In this document: positions 20,745-31,349 of the stretch, one piece after another
Position numbering within the stretch: the first letter of the stretch is position 1
How the letters are laid out: every line of letters begins with the position of its first letter
From: Promethearchaeota archaeon
GTDB lineage: Archaea > Asgardarchaeota > Lokiarchaeia > Sigyniarchaeales > SOKP01
DNA: 64,000 bases
Direction of reading: 5' to 3'
Assembly (NCBI GenBank): GCA_019057865.1
Contig: JAHLWP010000008.1
Span: 68,424-132,423 of the forward strand
Program-made: the position numbers and the translations under genes
Notes under the pieces: generated by a model
Seen by the model: only the letters and a program-made list of their open reading frames with translations
Database searches by the model: none
What the model was told of the DNA's origin: nothing

Positions 20745-22061
20745 TTATACATCGAGAATATCTTTAATGTCTGGATTAATTTTTGCTGGATCAAAATAGG
20801 ATGTTTTACCCGTTTCTATAAATATTTTTATTTCTTCAGCATATCGGTCTTCAAAATCATTAACAAAATATATTAACCTTTCTTTTAGGCTTTTTTTAGC
20901 AGGTTCAGAAAGAATTAATGCTATCTTTATCCAATTACCATATGCAGCATGAATAGAAAACCCTTTATAACTAATTGCATCCATAGCATCTGACCCTCCT
21001 ATTTCAGATACAAATGAATCCATAGCACTTAAAAACCCAGAAACCAAATCTTGTTCTATTTTTAAATCATCACGAGAGTAAGTTAGTAAAGGTAAACCAG
21101 AAGATTTATCAATAATTAATAAAGTTCTAAAAATATCTCGATATCGAGGTTTCCTAGCTAAAGATTGTTCTTTTTCCAAGGCTTCTTCTTTGGGTAGAAT
21201 TTCATACATAATAAATTTTTTTGGGTTATATGAATCTGATTCACTAAATTCATAATCTGATATTTTTGCTAATCTTGATTGGGTCCTTATTGGTTCACGG
21301 GGTAGTTTCTGAATATATTTATCTCTGAGTGTAATATTATGATTTTTAGATTTCTTTCCTTTCGTGATACCTAACACTCTCTGATGCATAGGATCCACAA
21401 CATAAAACCAAACATTTAATTTTTTCATATCAGATATTAGTCTTTCTAATCCTATATTATAGACTCCTCTTGGAGTAGTTACAAAAACCGTCCATGAAGC
21501 AATTTTTGAAACTTCATTTAACAAGCAGAATGTATTTTTATATTCCTCCTCATTCATTTGTGGACCTGTTCGTACGAAAACGGCTTCAGTTCTTAATAAA
21601 GGCTTTTTTTTAATCAGATATAAATCTACATTATACTTAATTTCATTAATATTAGAGGTATCATAAACCGAGATTCCCATATCTGCGCAATAATCGGCAA
21701 AAACATCTATTAATTCATGTTTTGCTATGAAATCAAATCGAGATAAATATTTTTTTATTTTATCGTCTTTAAATAGCATATCTGCAATGAAATCTAAGCA
21801 AGTGGGATAAATTTGCTGAAGTTCCTTAATATTTTTATATTTATTATAAAAATGAATACCTATATAATCAAGATAATCTAATTTCGTGAGATCCTTTCCT
21901 TTTGGGATGGTTATTCTATTTATTTCCACAAAATCCTCTAATTCTTTAAATCTAGTTCTTACTATTAAACAGTTAAGACAAATAATGCCAAATTTACCTT
22001 CGATTTCTTGACGAATGATTTCTTGTATCTCTTCTGGACTTTGTGAATTTTCTGCATTCAT
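20745..22061 (-). CDS. Protein with C-terminal longin-like domain
   Basis: LLIIDKSSGLPL..DLVSGFLSAMDSF..FEDRY pattern typical of Asgard longin domains. Confidence 0.65.
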   Translation of the reverse strand: MNAENSQSPEEIQEIIRQEIEGKFGIICLNCLIVRTRFKELEDFVEINRITIPKGKDLTKLDYLDYIGIHFYNKYKNIKELQQIYPTCLDFIADMLFKDDKIKKYLSRFDFIAKHELIDVFADYCADMGISVYDTSNINEIKYNVDLYLIKKKPLLRTEAVFVRTGPQMNEEEYKNTFCLLNEVSKIASWTVFVTTPRGVYNIGLERLISDMKKLNVWFYVVDPMHQRVLGITKGKKSKNHNITLRDKYIQKLPREPIRTQSRLAKISDYEFSESDSYNPKKFIMYEILPKEEALEKEQSLARKPRYRDIFRTLLIIDKSSGLPLLTYSRDDLKIEQDLVSGFLSAMDSFVSEIGGSDAMDAISYKGFSIHAAYGNWIKIALILSEPAKKSLKERLIYFVNDFEDRYAEEIKIFIETGKTSYFDPAKINPDIKDILDV

Positions 22062-22156
22062 AATCTAAATATTATAGGTATTGATTTTAAAATATTTTTA
22101 TAATAAAGTTTGAATCAACTTCTCTTTTAAATCTAATTTCTATAAATTAAAATCAA

Positions 22157-22786
22157 TTATGCTTTAAATAAAATATATGCATCCCGAAGACGTAAAAATG
22201 CTGTTATAAATACTAATATCGCAAATAACCATAATAATTCAAATCGCCAAGGATAAAAAAGGGTCATACTTAAAAGAAATAAAAAAGTTTCAGAACGCTC
22301 AATAAGTCCATGTCGATAATAAATTACTTTCTTATTTTCTTCTAAATCTTCGGCTTTTATTGCTCCTCCTACTAACAAAAACATACTAATGCATAAAACA
22401 ATTGATCCCAAAGAAAATATTCCTGGCCATATTAAAATTGAGGGATTTGTTGATATAAATGCGATAATGATGGATATTTCTACTGTTCTATCACAAAAAA
22501 TATCTAATATTCCCCCAAATTTAGTAATTCCTTTCAATCTTGCCATGGTTCCATCGAGAGCATCGATAAAAAAAGAAGTTCCCATTATAATAGCAGAAAT
22601 TATGATAAATATTAAATTAAGTTCTTTAAAAAATCCACTTAAAAAAATTAGGAAAGCAGTTAGCAAACCTAATATTAAACCAATAATCGTGAGAAGATTA
22701 GCAGAAAAATGCTTGTAAAAAACTCTTCTTACAAATCTCTCGATTAATTTATTAAGTTGCGACTTTGAGAGCAGTTTATCAATCAT
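22157..22786 (-). CDS. CDP-alcohol phosphatidyltransferase family protein
   Basis: DALDGTMAR..G..LD..CD signature; multiple TM segments. Confidence 0.9.
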   Translation of the reverse strand: MIDKLLSKSQLNKLIERFVRRVFYKHFSANLLTIIGLILGLLTAFLIFLSGFFKELNLIFIIISAIIMGTSFFIDALDGTMARLKGITKFGGILDIFCDRTVEISIIIAFISTNPSILIWPGIFSLGSIVLCISMFLLVGGAIKAEDLEENKKVIYYRHGLIERSETFLFLLSMTLFYPWRFELLWLFAILVFITAFLRLRDAYILFKA

Positions 22787-22863
22787 GGAACAATAACACC
22801 TTATTTATTAAAAATAAAAAGTGTTTTCTATCATTTCAAAATTATTATTATTAGGATGTTAAT

Positions 22864-23547
22864 CTATTCAATTTTATATCCATTTTCTTCCCACGCTTTT
22901 CTCATTCTTGGATTGTTTTTAAGAAATACATCAACTATTTCTTTTGGAACACGATTCAAAGGGCATGAAAAATTAATACAAACAGGACAAGTTTTCAATT
23001 GTATTATCGTAATCCATATTCCTATTCCTATTAAAGTCAAAATCAACATTAAAAATTGCTTTCCAATAATTAAAAATGGTATTGGATATCCAATGAGGAT
23101 CCCAGCTCCAATTATAAATTGAATTTTTTCCGATTTTTTCAAAGGCTCAGGATGAAATCTTGATATCTTATAAGCACCTCTATTTATATCACAATGAAGA
23201 GTTTTTTGAGTATCATTCGCGTAATAAGGGCAATGACTGCATAATATCCTGCTTTCCCATACACAGAAAAAGAAGAGAGCATAAATAATCCACCCTATTA
23301 GAATGATGAACAATAAATTGATTTCAAATTCAGAAAAAAAGATTCCAATAAGAGCAGGAATAATTGCTGCAAAAACACCCAAACCAAAATATAAACTAAA
23401 CTTTATATGCACATGACAATGTAGCTTATCTTTAATACTACAATTGGAGCATTCTGATCTATCTTTCCAAATACAAATTCCTTGAGTATTTGTATCTTTT
23501 TCTCTCTCTACTGTTTTAGAATTAAAATTATTATTATTTTGCATCAA
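22864..23547 (-). CDS. Cys-rich membrane protein
   Basis: Four TM segments with CSHCPYY and CPVCINFSCPLN. Confidence 0.7.
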   Translation of the reverse strand: MMQNNNNFNSKTVEREKDTNTQGICIWKDRSECSNCSIKDKLHCHVHIKFSLYFGLGVFAAIIPALIGIFFSEFEINLLFIILIGWIIYALFFFCVWESRILCSHCPYYANDTQKTLHCDINRGAYKISRFHPEPLKKSEKIQFIIGAGILIGYPIPFLIIGKQFLMLILTLIGIGIWITIIQLKTCPVCINFSCPLNRVPKEIVDVFLKNNPRMRKAWEENGYKIE

Positions 23548-23644
23548 ACTAGCAAATATTTTAGTTAAAAAATGTAAAATTCATGCTTACATTAAATTAT
23601 AAAAATTAAAAAAAAAAATTTTAGAATTTTTTAAAAAACAGAAA

Positions 23645-23950
23645 TTATTTTTCTCTAAAATCTTCTCCCTCGACAACTTGCATTTCTGCGATGGAGTCAA
23701 TTCCGATTCCTTTAACGTTCTCATTCCATATTTTTTGGATTGATTCTGCATCTTTCGCATTCCATTCACAATATAATTTTTCATGATCTAAAACTGCCCA
23801 AGACTTTACCCAATACGCATCGAAATTACAAGCTTTTCTCACATCAATAATCATTTTATTTTTTTCTGGGGGGATTTCTGCCATTTGTTCCAACTGTTTT
23901 CTTGGTACAGAATGAACTACAATAAATTTTGGCATTTTCACACCTCTCAT
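23645..23950 (-). CDS. Small DUF4242-like ferredoxin-fold protein
   Basis: MPKFIVVH..W..SW..KLYCEWNA.DAE pattern. Confidence 0.55.
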   Translation of the reverse strand: MRGVKMPKFIVVHSVPRKQLEQMAEIPPEKNKMIIDVRKACNFDAYWVKSWAVLDHEKLYCEWNAKDAESIQKIWNENVKGIGIDSIAEMQVVEGEDFREK

Positions 23951-24249
23951 TTTTTTTCTTAATAAAAGTTTTGTTAAAAATTAGTGAATTTCTTGATAAA
24001 ATTAAAGTTATTTTTCAAATAAGTAAAAATACTTTAAAAATATTTATGATGGAATCGTAATCTTAACTTATCGGGAAAGATTGAGAAAAACCATTTTAAC
24101 TATTTATACTAATAATATTCATAAAAAATCATTTATAATAATCACTCTTTTTAAAAGAAAACATAAATTAGAAAAATATAGTAAATTTATCTTATACAGA
24201 TTTTAGAAAAATAATAACATCTAAGGATAGGATTACTAATAATTAGTAG

Positions 24250-25455
24250 GTGAATAACATTTCAGGGGATATAATAAAAAATATAATTGCTATGGCAAAT
24301 TATTGTTATAGTTGTAATCGATGTGTTAATGTATGTCCACTTTCCCATATAGATGTTTTTTATCCCCAAAAATTAGTAGTAGATTTACTTTTTTCACCAT
24401 TAAAAGAAGTTTTAGAAAATCATAATATATGGGATTGTCTTACGTGTGGTCAATGCTCCAATTACTGTCCAATGACTCAAGAAAAAGTTGGTGTGAGATT
24501 TCCAGAATTAATATTAGAATTGAGAAAACTAGCTTTTAATGACATAACTCAATTAGACAAAATCATTCAGTGTGAAACACATGATGAAATATTTCCACTC
24601 ATTTCAAAAATTATGTCGGATGATAACTTACATCCCAATAAATTAGAATTTTTGGAAAAGACCTCTTTAAAGACGACAGATTCAGGTGAAATCGCATATT
24701 TTGTTGGATGTTTACCTCTTATGGAAACTATTTTTTATAAATCAGATATCAAATATATAAATACACCAAAGACTATAATAGGTCTACTTAATGAAGCAAA
24801 TATCATGCCAGTTGTATTGAACGAAAAATGCTGTGGACATGATACTTTATGGAGAGGGGATATTAATACCTTTAAAAAGCTCGCCGAATATAATGTTAAA
24901 CTTTATAGAGAAGCTGAGGTTAAAACAATTATCTTAGGATGTGCTGAAGGATATAGGACCTGGAAGTTTGACTATCCAAAGATTATAAAAGATTATGACT
25001 TTAAGATTATTCATTTCTCTGAGTTTTTTCTCAAAGAAAAAATCCTTGATGATGTTAGATTTCCACAAGAAACAAATATAAAAGTTACATATCACGATGC
25101 ATGCCGATTAGGACGCTTAGGAGGAAAATTATATGATGCTCCACGGGAATTACTTAAACAAATTCCTGGAGTTGAACTAATTGAAATGGAAAATATTAGA
25201 GATGATGCAAATTGTTGTGGGGTCTCAGCTTTTATGGGATGTAATGAATCAACTCGAATTTTTAGACAGAATCGTATTAATGAAGCATTAGAAACAGGGG
25301 CTGAATATTTAATTGTACCTTGTCCAAAGTGTTTAACACATTTCGATTGCTATCTTAATGAACCTTCCTTAGAAGATGAATATAAAAATTTGAAAAATAA
25401 AATTAAAGTTATAGATTTGGCAAGCTTTATTGGAGAATTACTTTTCCTTGTTTAG
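24250..25455 (+). CDS. HdrD/GlpC-like Fe-S oxidoreductase (2x[4Fe-4S] + 2 CCG domains)
   Basis: CYSCNRCVNVCP, CLTCGQCSNYCP, CCG, YHDACRLGR, CCG..CPKC. Confidence 0.85.
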   Translation: MNNISGDIIKNIIAMANYCYSCNRCVNVCPLSHIDVFYPQKLVVDLLFSPLKEVLENHNIWDCLTCGQCSNYCPMTQEKVGVRFPELILELRKLAFNDITQLDKIIQCETHDEIFPLISKIMSDDNLHPNKLEFLEKTSLKTTDSGEIAYFVGCLPLMETIFYKSDIKYINTPKTIIGLLNEANIMPVVLNEKCCGHDTLWRGDINTFKKLAEYNVKLYREAEVKTIILGCAEGYRTWKFDYPKIIKDYDFKIIHFSEFFLKEKILDDVRFPQETNIKVTYHDACRLGRLGGKLYDAPRELLKQIPGVELIEMENIRDDANCCGVSAFMGCNESTRIFRQNRINEALETGAEYLIVPCPKCLTHFDCYLNEPSLEDEYKNLKNKIKVIDLASFIGELLFLV

Positions 25456-25539
25456 AAACGCTAGGGTGTAAAAAAAATGATTTATAACTTTTTTTAAAAT
25501 GAATGAACTTAATGAATTTTCAATAATGGAGGGATATAA

Positions 25540-28500
25540 TTGAGCGAAAAAAATAAAGTTGGGTCTGTAATGATCGTTGGAGCAGGGATAGGGGGATGTC
25601 AAGCGGCATTAGACTTAGCAGATTCTGGTATCAAGGTCTATCTTGTTGACAAGGAACCTTCCATCGGAGGAGTTATGGCCCAATTAGATAAAACATTCCC
25701 AACAAATGACTGTTCAATGTGCATTTTAGCTCCAAAACTCGTCGCTGTCGATAGGCATCCTAATATTGAATTGATTACTTATGCAGATGTCCTAAATCTG
25801 GAGGGTGAAGCGGGTAATTTTAATGCAACGATTAATAAAAAAACAAGATATATTCATGAAGATAAATGTACGGGTTGTGGGGATTGCGTTCAGGAATGCC
25901 CTGTTCAAGTTCCTGATGAATTCAATCAGAAATTGAATAATAGAAAGGCAATATATCTTCAATTTCCTCAAGCTGTACCTTTTAAAGTATTGATTGATAA
26001 GCAGGGGATTCCTCCCTGCAAAGATGCGTGTCCTGCTCATGTAAATGCCCAAGGATATATTGCTTTAATCTCTAAAAAAAGCTATCAAGAAGCCTTGGAA
26101 CTAATTAGAGAGAGATGTCCCCTTCCTTCTGTTATAGGTCGTATTTGTCCTCGTTTCTGTGAATCGGTGTGTAACAGAGCAGAAGTAGATGCTCCTATTA
26201 ATATTTGTGGTTTAAAAAGATTTGTAGCTGATTATGTAAGAGATAATCTTGAGGAAGAGATCACATTCTTAGAAGACAAAAAGGAAGAAAAAGTTGCTAT
26301 TGTCGGTTCGGGTCCAGCTGGACTTACTGTTGCATATCACCTAGCAAGACTTGGGTATCCCGTCACTATTTTTGAAAAGGAACCTTTTGCTGGTGGAATG
26401 CTTAGACTAGGGATTCCTGATTACAGGTTGCCTCCAGAAATTTTAGAAAGTGATATTGAACATATTAAGAAATTTGGTGTTGAGATAAAAACGAATACAC
26501 CAGTAGGTCCTGATTTAACTTTAGAGGATTTGAAAAAACAGGGGTATAAAGCTATATTTATAGCCATAGGTCTTCATAATAGTCGTAAAATGGATTTTGA
26601 ATGTAAAGATATTGAAGATGTGATATATGGTGTTGAGTTTCTAAAAGAATTAAACTTATCCAGAAATGTACCTAATCTTAAAGATAAAATTGTAGGAGTA
26701 GTGGGCGGAGGAGATGTTGCAATGGATGCAGCACGATCATCTATAAGATTAGGCGCTAAAAAAGTTATAATTATCTATAGACGATCTGAACAAGAAATAC
26801 CCGCTTCAAGGGAAGAAATAGAAAGAGTAAGGGAAGAAGGTATTGAATTTAAATTTTTAACGGTTCCTACCAGAGATGCCATTGGCAAAGGTGGTAAACT
26901 CTCTGAAATTGAATGTGTGGAAATGAAACTTGGTGAACCGGATGAATCTGGAAGGCGAAGACCCATTGAAATTGAAGATTCTGAATTCAAAATGAAGATA
27001 GATACTTTAATACTTTCAATAGGACAAGAACCAGATTGCTCTCTAATAGAATCTGCTTCTAAAAAGAAATTAAATATTAATAAATGGGGTTACATTGAAA
27101 CAGATAAAATAACTTTTGAAACCAATATCCCTGGCGTATTTGCTGGTGGAGAGATCATCACGGGTGCTGGTTCTGCTATAGAAGCGATATCAACAGGAAA
27201 TAAAGCTGCTATAGCGATAGAGAAATATCTAAAAGGAGAAGATATTTCCGAATTAAAAGAAATCATTCCAGATTATAAAGTAACGGATATAATTACTAGT
27301 GCTGGTATTCAAGATATTGAGCGTTTTTCATGTCAAGATAGGAATGAGTTCACAATATGTCTACCAGAGGAACGCATATACAACTTTAATGAAGTTGCTA
27401 GTGGTATGGATGAAGAATCTTCTATTGAAGAAGCATTACGATGTCTCAATTGCGGATCTTGCTGTGAGTGTTTTGAATGCGTAAGGGCATGTCAAGCTGA
27501 TGCTATTGATCATAGTTTAACTGATGAGACTATTTCTATCAATGTTGGGGCTGTGATATTAGCTCTTGGCTCTGATGAATATATACTAAAAATAGGGAAT
27601 ATTTATGGATATGGTGAATATCCAAATGTTATAACAAGTATAGAATTAGAACGTATACTCAATGCATCTGGTCCATTTTTGGGAGAAGTTATTCGTCCTT
27701 CAGATAACACACATCCTAAAAAAATAGCATTTCTGCAATGTATTGGTTCTCGAGATAAAAAAATAGGTCATGAATATTGTTCTTCAATGTGTTGTATGTA
27801 TACTACAAAAGAAGCTGTTATAGCTAAAGAGCATTTGAGTACTCTTGAACCCACTATTTTTAGTATGGATATAAGAGCATACGGAAAAGATTTTGACAAA
27901 TATATTGAACGAGCTAAAGAAGATTATGGTGTAAGATATATTAGAAGTAGAATAGCAGCTATCAAAGAAATACACGACTCTAATGATTTAAAAATTAGGT
28001 ATGAGACTGAAGAAGGAAAAATTATCGAAGAAATTTTTAACATGGTTGTTCTGTCTGTGGGATTACAACCTAATCCAAATACTGCAGCATTAGCAAAAAA
28101 ATTAAATATTGAATTAAATGAATACGGTTTTTGTAAGACTACTAATTTTAATCCAATTGAGACTTCACGACCAGGAATTTATGTATGCGGAACATTTAAA
28201 GAACCTAAAGATATCCCAGAAACCGTTATTGAAGCTAGTGCGGCTGCTGGAGCTGTAAATGTTCTATTATCTGATGTTAGAAATACATTAATCACTGAAA
28301 AAGAATTACCAAAAGAAATTGACATCAGTGGAGAGCCACCTCGAATTGGAGTCTTTATTTGCCATTGTGGAATTAATATTGGAGGTGTTGTTGATGTTCC
28401 TGAAGTAGTTGAATACGCAAGCAAATTACCAGATGTAGTATATTCTGAAAGAAATTTGTATACTTGCTCAGCTGATACACAAACGATTATTAAAGAAAAA

Positions 28501-30486
28501 ATAAAAGAACATGGTTTAAATAGAGTAATCGTTGCTTCTTGTACGCCAAGAACTCATGAACCTTTATTTCAAGAAACCATTAGAGAAGCAGGTTTAAACA
28601 AATATCTTTTTGATTTAGCAAATATTAGGGATCAATGCTCATGGGTACATAAGCATGAACCAGAGAAAGCTACAGAGAAAGCTAAAGATTTAGTTAGAAT
28701 GTCCGTTGCTAAAGCTAGAAATTTAGTTCCTTTAAAAGAACAAAGAGTAGAAGTAATCCATAAAGGAATGGTTATTGGAGGTGGCGTAGCAGGAATGATT
28801 GCTGCTTTAAATTTAGCAGAACAGGGGTACAATATATATCTAATAGAAAAAAGTGATAAATTGGGTGGTATCGCAAATTCTATTTATCAAACTTTGGAAA
28901 ATAATGATGTTCAAAAATTAATTAGGAATTTAATAGAAAAGGTTAATAATCATAAATTAATTACCGTTTTTCTCGAAGCTAATATTAATTCTGTAAGTGG
29001 ATATATTGGAAATTTTACCACAGATATATCCTATGGCAAAAAAAGAGAAGAGAAGAAATTTGATCATGGCATAATTATTGTAGCTACAGGAGCAGAAGAA
29101 TATATACCTAAGGATGATGAATTTCTATATGGTCAAGATGAAAGAATTACAACCCAGTCAAACCTCGAAGAAATTCTCTTTACGAATGAAAAAATGATAA
29201 GAGAATTGAAATCAATTGTAATGATCCAATGTATTGGCTCTAGAAACGAAGAACATCCTTATTGCAGCAGAATGTGCTGCGCAGAAGCTATAAAAAATGC
29301 GTTAAAAGCAAAAGAGATCAACCCAGATATCAATATTATAATTTTATTTCGTGATATTAGGACTTATGGCTTTAAGGAAAAATATTATAATTTAGCTAGA
29401 GAAAAAGGAATTCTTTTCATCAGGTTTGATGAAGAAAAGCCACCCGAAGTTGTTAAAAAGGGTAATCAATTACAAGTCTTATTTAATAAGCCTGATGTAG
29501 GAGAACTTAAAATTAATTCAGATTTAATAGTATTAAGTGCAGGAATTGTGCCTCCTGAAGGAAATTCAGAGTTAGCTAAAATACTAAAAGTCCCTCTTAA
29601 TGAGGATAATTTCTTTTTAGAAGCTCATGTTAAATTGAGACCATCTGATTTTGCAACAGATGGAATCTTTTTATGCGGAACTGCACGAGGAGCGGCCAAT
29701 ATAAGCGAAAGTATAGCTCAAGCGAATTCTGCAGCTGCTAGAGCAATGACAATATTATCAAAAAAAATTTTAGAAACAGAAGGCATAACTTCCTATGTTA
29801 ATGAAGATAAATGTATCGGTTGTGGTCGATGTGCTGAAGTTTGTCCTTATAACGCTATTGAATTGGTTGAGATTACAAAACAAATGGGTTTATATAGTAA
29901 TGATATAAAAAATGCTCAAGTAATTAAAGCTCTTTGTAAAGGTTGTGGAACATGCTTCGCAGAATGTCCTACCTCTGCAATTTCCATGAGTCATTTTGGA
30001 AATGCGCAGATTAAACCAATGATTGAGGAAGCTGTGAAATCTGATAAGATCGGTTGGGAACCACGAATAGTTGCATTTCTCTGTAATTGGTGTTCTTATG
30101 CCGGAGCGGATTTAGCAGGTGTAAGTCGATATCAGTATCCTCCAAATGTAAGGGTTATAAGAGTAATGTGCTCGGGAGGTATGTCTAAAAGTTTCATTTT
30201 ACAAGCGTTTTTAGAGGGTGCAGATGGAGTATTTATAGCAGGGTGTCATCTAGGTGATTGCCATTACATTAGTGGAAATGAAAATGCCTATCTCCGCTTG
30301 GAAAATCTTAAAGAATTGCTAAAAATGATTGGAATTAAAGAGGATAGGATTCAAATTAATCAGATTTCCGCGAGTGAGGGAAAACAATTCTCAGAACTTA
30401 TATCTGAATTTACAGATAAGATCAAAGCATTAGGAGAATCGAAGATGCCTAAAAAAATAGGCAAAATAAAAATTGAATCTAGTTAG
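25540..30486 (+). CDS. hdrA: Large HdrA-like flavoprotein with GltD-like NAD(P)H module, second HdrA unit and C-terminal MvhD domain
   Basis: LDKTFPTNDCSMC; PPCKDACP, GSGPAG, GGGDVAMD, IYRRS; CHCGINIGG, CTPRTHE; FLEAHVKLRP; FLCNWCSYAGADLAG, GCHLGDCHY. Confidence 0.88.
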   Translation: MSEKNKVGSVMIVGAGIGGCQAALDLADSGIKVYLVDKEPSIGGVMAQLDKTFPTNDCSMCILAPKLVAVDRHPNIELITYADVLNLEGEAGNFNATINKKTRYIHEDKCTGCGDCVQECPVQVPDEFNQKLNNRKAIYLQFPQAVPFKVLIDKQGIPPCKDACPAHVNAQGYIALISKKSYQEALELIRERCPLPSVIGRICPRFCESVCNRAEVDAPINICGLKRFVADYVRDNLEEEITFLEDKKEEKVAIVGSGPAGLTVAYHLARLGYPVTIFEKEPFAGGMLRLGIPDYRLPPEILESDIEHIKKFGVEIKTNTPVGPDLTLEDLKKQGYKAIFIAIGLHNSRKMDFECKDIEDVIYGVEFLKELNLSRNVPNLKDKIVGVVGGGDVAMDAARSSIRLGAKKVIIIYRRSEQEIPASREEIERVREEGIEFKFLTVPTRDAIGKGGKLSEIECVEMKLGEPDESGRRRPIEIEDSEFKMKIDTLILSIGQEPDCSLIESASKKKLNINKWGYIETDKITFETNIPGVFAGGEIITGAGSAIEAISTGNKAAIAIEKYLKGEDISELKEIIPDYKVTDIITSAGIQDIERFSCQDRNEFTICLPEERIYNFNEVASGMDEESSIEEALRCLNCGSCCECFECVRACQADAIDHSLTDETISINVGAVILALGSDEYILKIGNIYGYGEYPNVITSIELERILNASGPFLGEVIRPSDNTHPKKIAFLQCIGSRDKKIGHEYCSSMCCMYTTKEAVIAKEHLSTLEPTIFSMDIRAYGKDFDKYIERAKEDYGVRYIRSRIAAIKEIHDSNDLKIRYETEEGKIIEEIFNMVVLSVGLQPNPNTAALAKKLNIELNEYGFCKTTNFNPIETSRPGIYVCGTFKEPKDIPETVIEASAAAGAVNVLLSDVRNTLITEKELPKEIDISGEPPRIGVFICHCGINIGGVVDVPEVVEYASKLPDVVYSERNLYTCSADTQTIIKEKIKEHGLNRVIVASCTPRTHEPLFQETIREAGLNKYLFDLANIRDQCSWVHKHEPEKATEKAKDLVRMSVAKARNLVPLKEQRVEVIHKGMVIGGGVAGMIAALNLAEQGYNIYLIEKSDKLGGIANSIYQTLENNDVQKLIRNLIEKVNNHKLITVFLEANINSVSGYIGNFTTDISYGKKREEKKFDHGIIIVATGAEEYIPKDDEFLYGQDERITTQSNLEEILFTNEKMIRELKSIVMIQCIGSRNEEHPYCSRMCCAEAIKNALKAKEINPDINIIILFRDIRTYGFKEKYYNLAREKGILFIRFDEEKPPEVVKKGNQLQVLFNKPDVGELKINSDLIVLSAGIVPPEGNSELAKILKVPLNEDNFFLEAHVKLRPSDFATDGIFLCGTARGAANISESIAQANSAAARAMTILSKKILETEGITSYVNEDKCIGCGRCAEVCPYNAIELVEITKQMGLYSNDIKNAQVIKALCKGCGTCFAECPTSAISMSHFGNAQIKPMIEEAVKSDKIGWEPRIVAFLCNWCSYAGADLAGVSRYQYPPNVRVIRVMCSGGMSKSFILQAFLEGADGVFIAGCHLGDCHYISGNENAYLRLENLKELLKMIGIKEDRIQINQISASEGKQFSELISEFTDKIKALGESKMPKKIGKIKIESS

Positions 30487-30509
30487 TTAAATAATAAAAA
30501 ATTTCTTAG

Positions 30510-31349
30510 CTAATATTCATTAGGCATTTTTTGGAGCTCTGCCAGAGAGAACACAGGTCCATCAATACAGACAAATTTATTTCCGATGTTGCATCTTCCA
30601 CATTTGCCAATTCCGCACTTCATTCTCATCTCTAATGAATTTAAAATTTGCTCGTCCTTCCAACCTAGATTTACCAATTCAGCCACGGCAGTCCTAATCA
30701 TTATGGGCGGCCCACAGACTACCGCCATAGCGTTATCAGGAGATGGAGCAACCTTCTTAACTATTGCCGCAACAAATCCAACTTCGCGAGTCCATCCTTC
30801 CTCTTCGCGATCAATCGTTAGGACTACGTTAATATCCTCTCTTTTTTCCCATTCTTCAAGGATATCTCGATATAATACTTCACCAGAATCACGGTTACCA
30901 TAAATCACAGTAATATCTTTATAATTTTTTCTATATCTTTCATCTAAAATGTATATGACTAGAGATCTTAAGGTTGAAAATGCGAATCCACCCCCAATGA
31001 CCACAATATTTTTGCCTTTCATTTCTTCAATTGGCCAGCCATTACCTAAAGGACCTCTTACCCCTACAGTATCTCCAATTTCAACATTGTGAAATCCTGT
31101 AGTGACTGTTCCCATCTTCTTGATCGTAAATTTAATAGAACCTTCTTCAGTTGGAGATGAGGCAATACCTATTGGGCATTCTCCTTTTCCAATTAGACTA
31201 ATTTCTGCGAATTGTCCTGGATTGTAATCAAAACTTTTCAAATCTTCTTCTTTCTTAAATACTAATTCGAGAGTTTTTATATCGTTTACTTTATTTTCTG
31301 AAACAACAGCTTTAATTTTGGTAAGCATGGGAATATATATATTAAGCAC
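30510..31349 (-). CDS. flxA: FAD/NAD(P)-binding FlxA/AsrB-like subunit
   Basis: PGQF, RGPLGNG, CGPPIM, MKCGIGKCGRC..CIDGPVF; likely GTG start at 31349 overlapping the upstream stop. Confidence 0.75.
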   Translation of the reverse strand: MLNIYIPMLTKIKAVVSENKVNDIKTLELVFKKEEDLKSFDYNPGQFAEISLIGKGECPIGIASSPTEEGSIKFTIKKMGTVTTGFHNVEIGDTVGVRGPLGNGWPIEEMKGKNIVVIGGGFAFSTLRSLVIYILDERYRKNYKDITVIYGNRDSGEVLYRDILEEWEKREDINVVLTIDREEEGWTREVGFVAAIVKKVAPSPDNAMAVVCGPPIMIRTAVAELVNLGWKDEQILNSLEMRMKCGIGKCGRCNIGNKFVCIDGPVFSLAELQKMPNEY

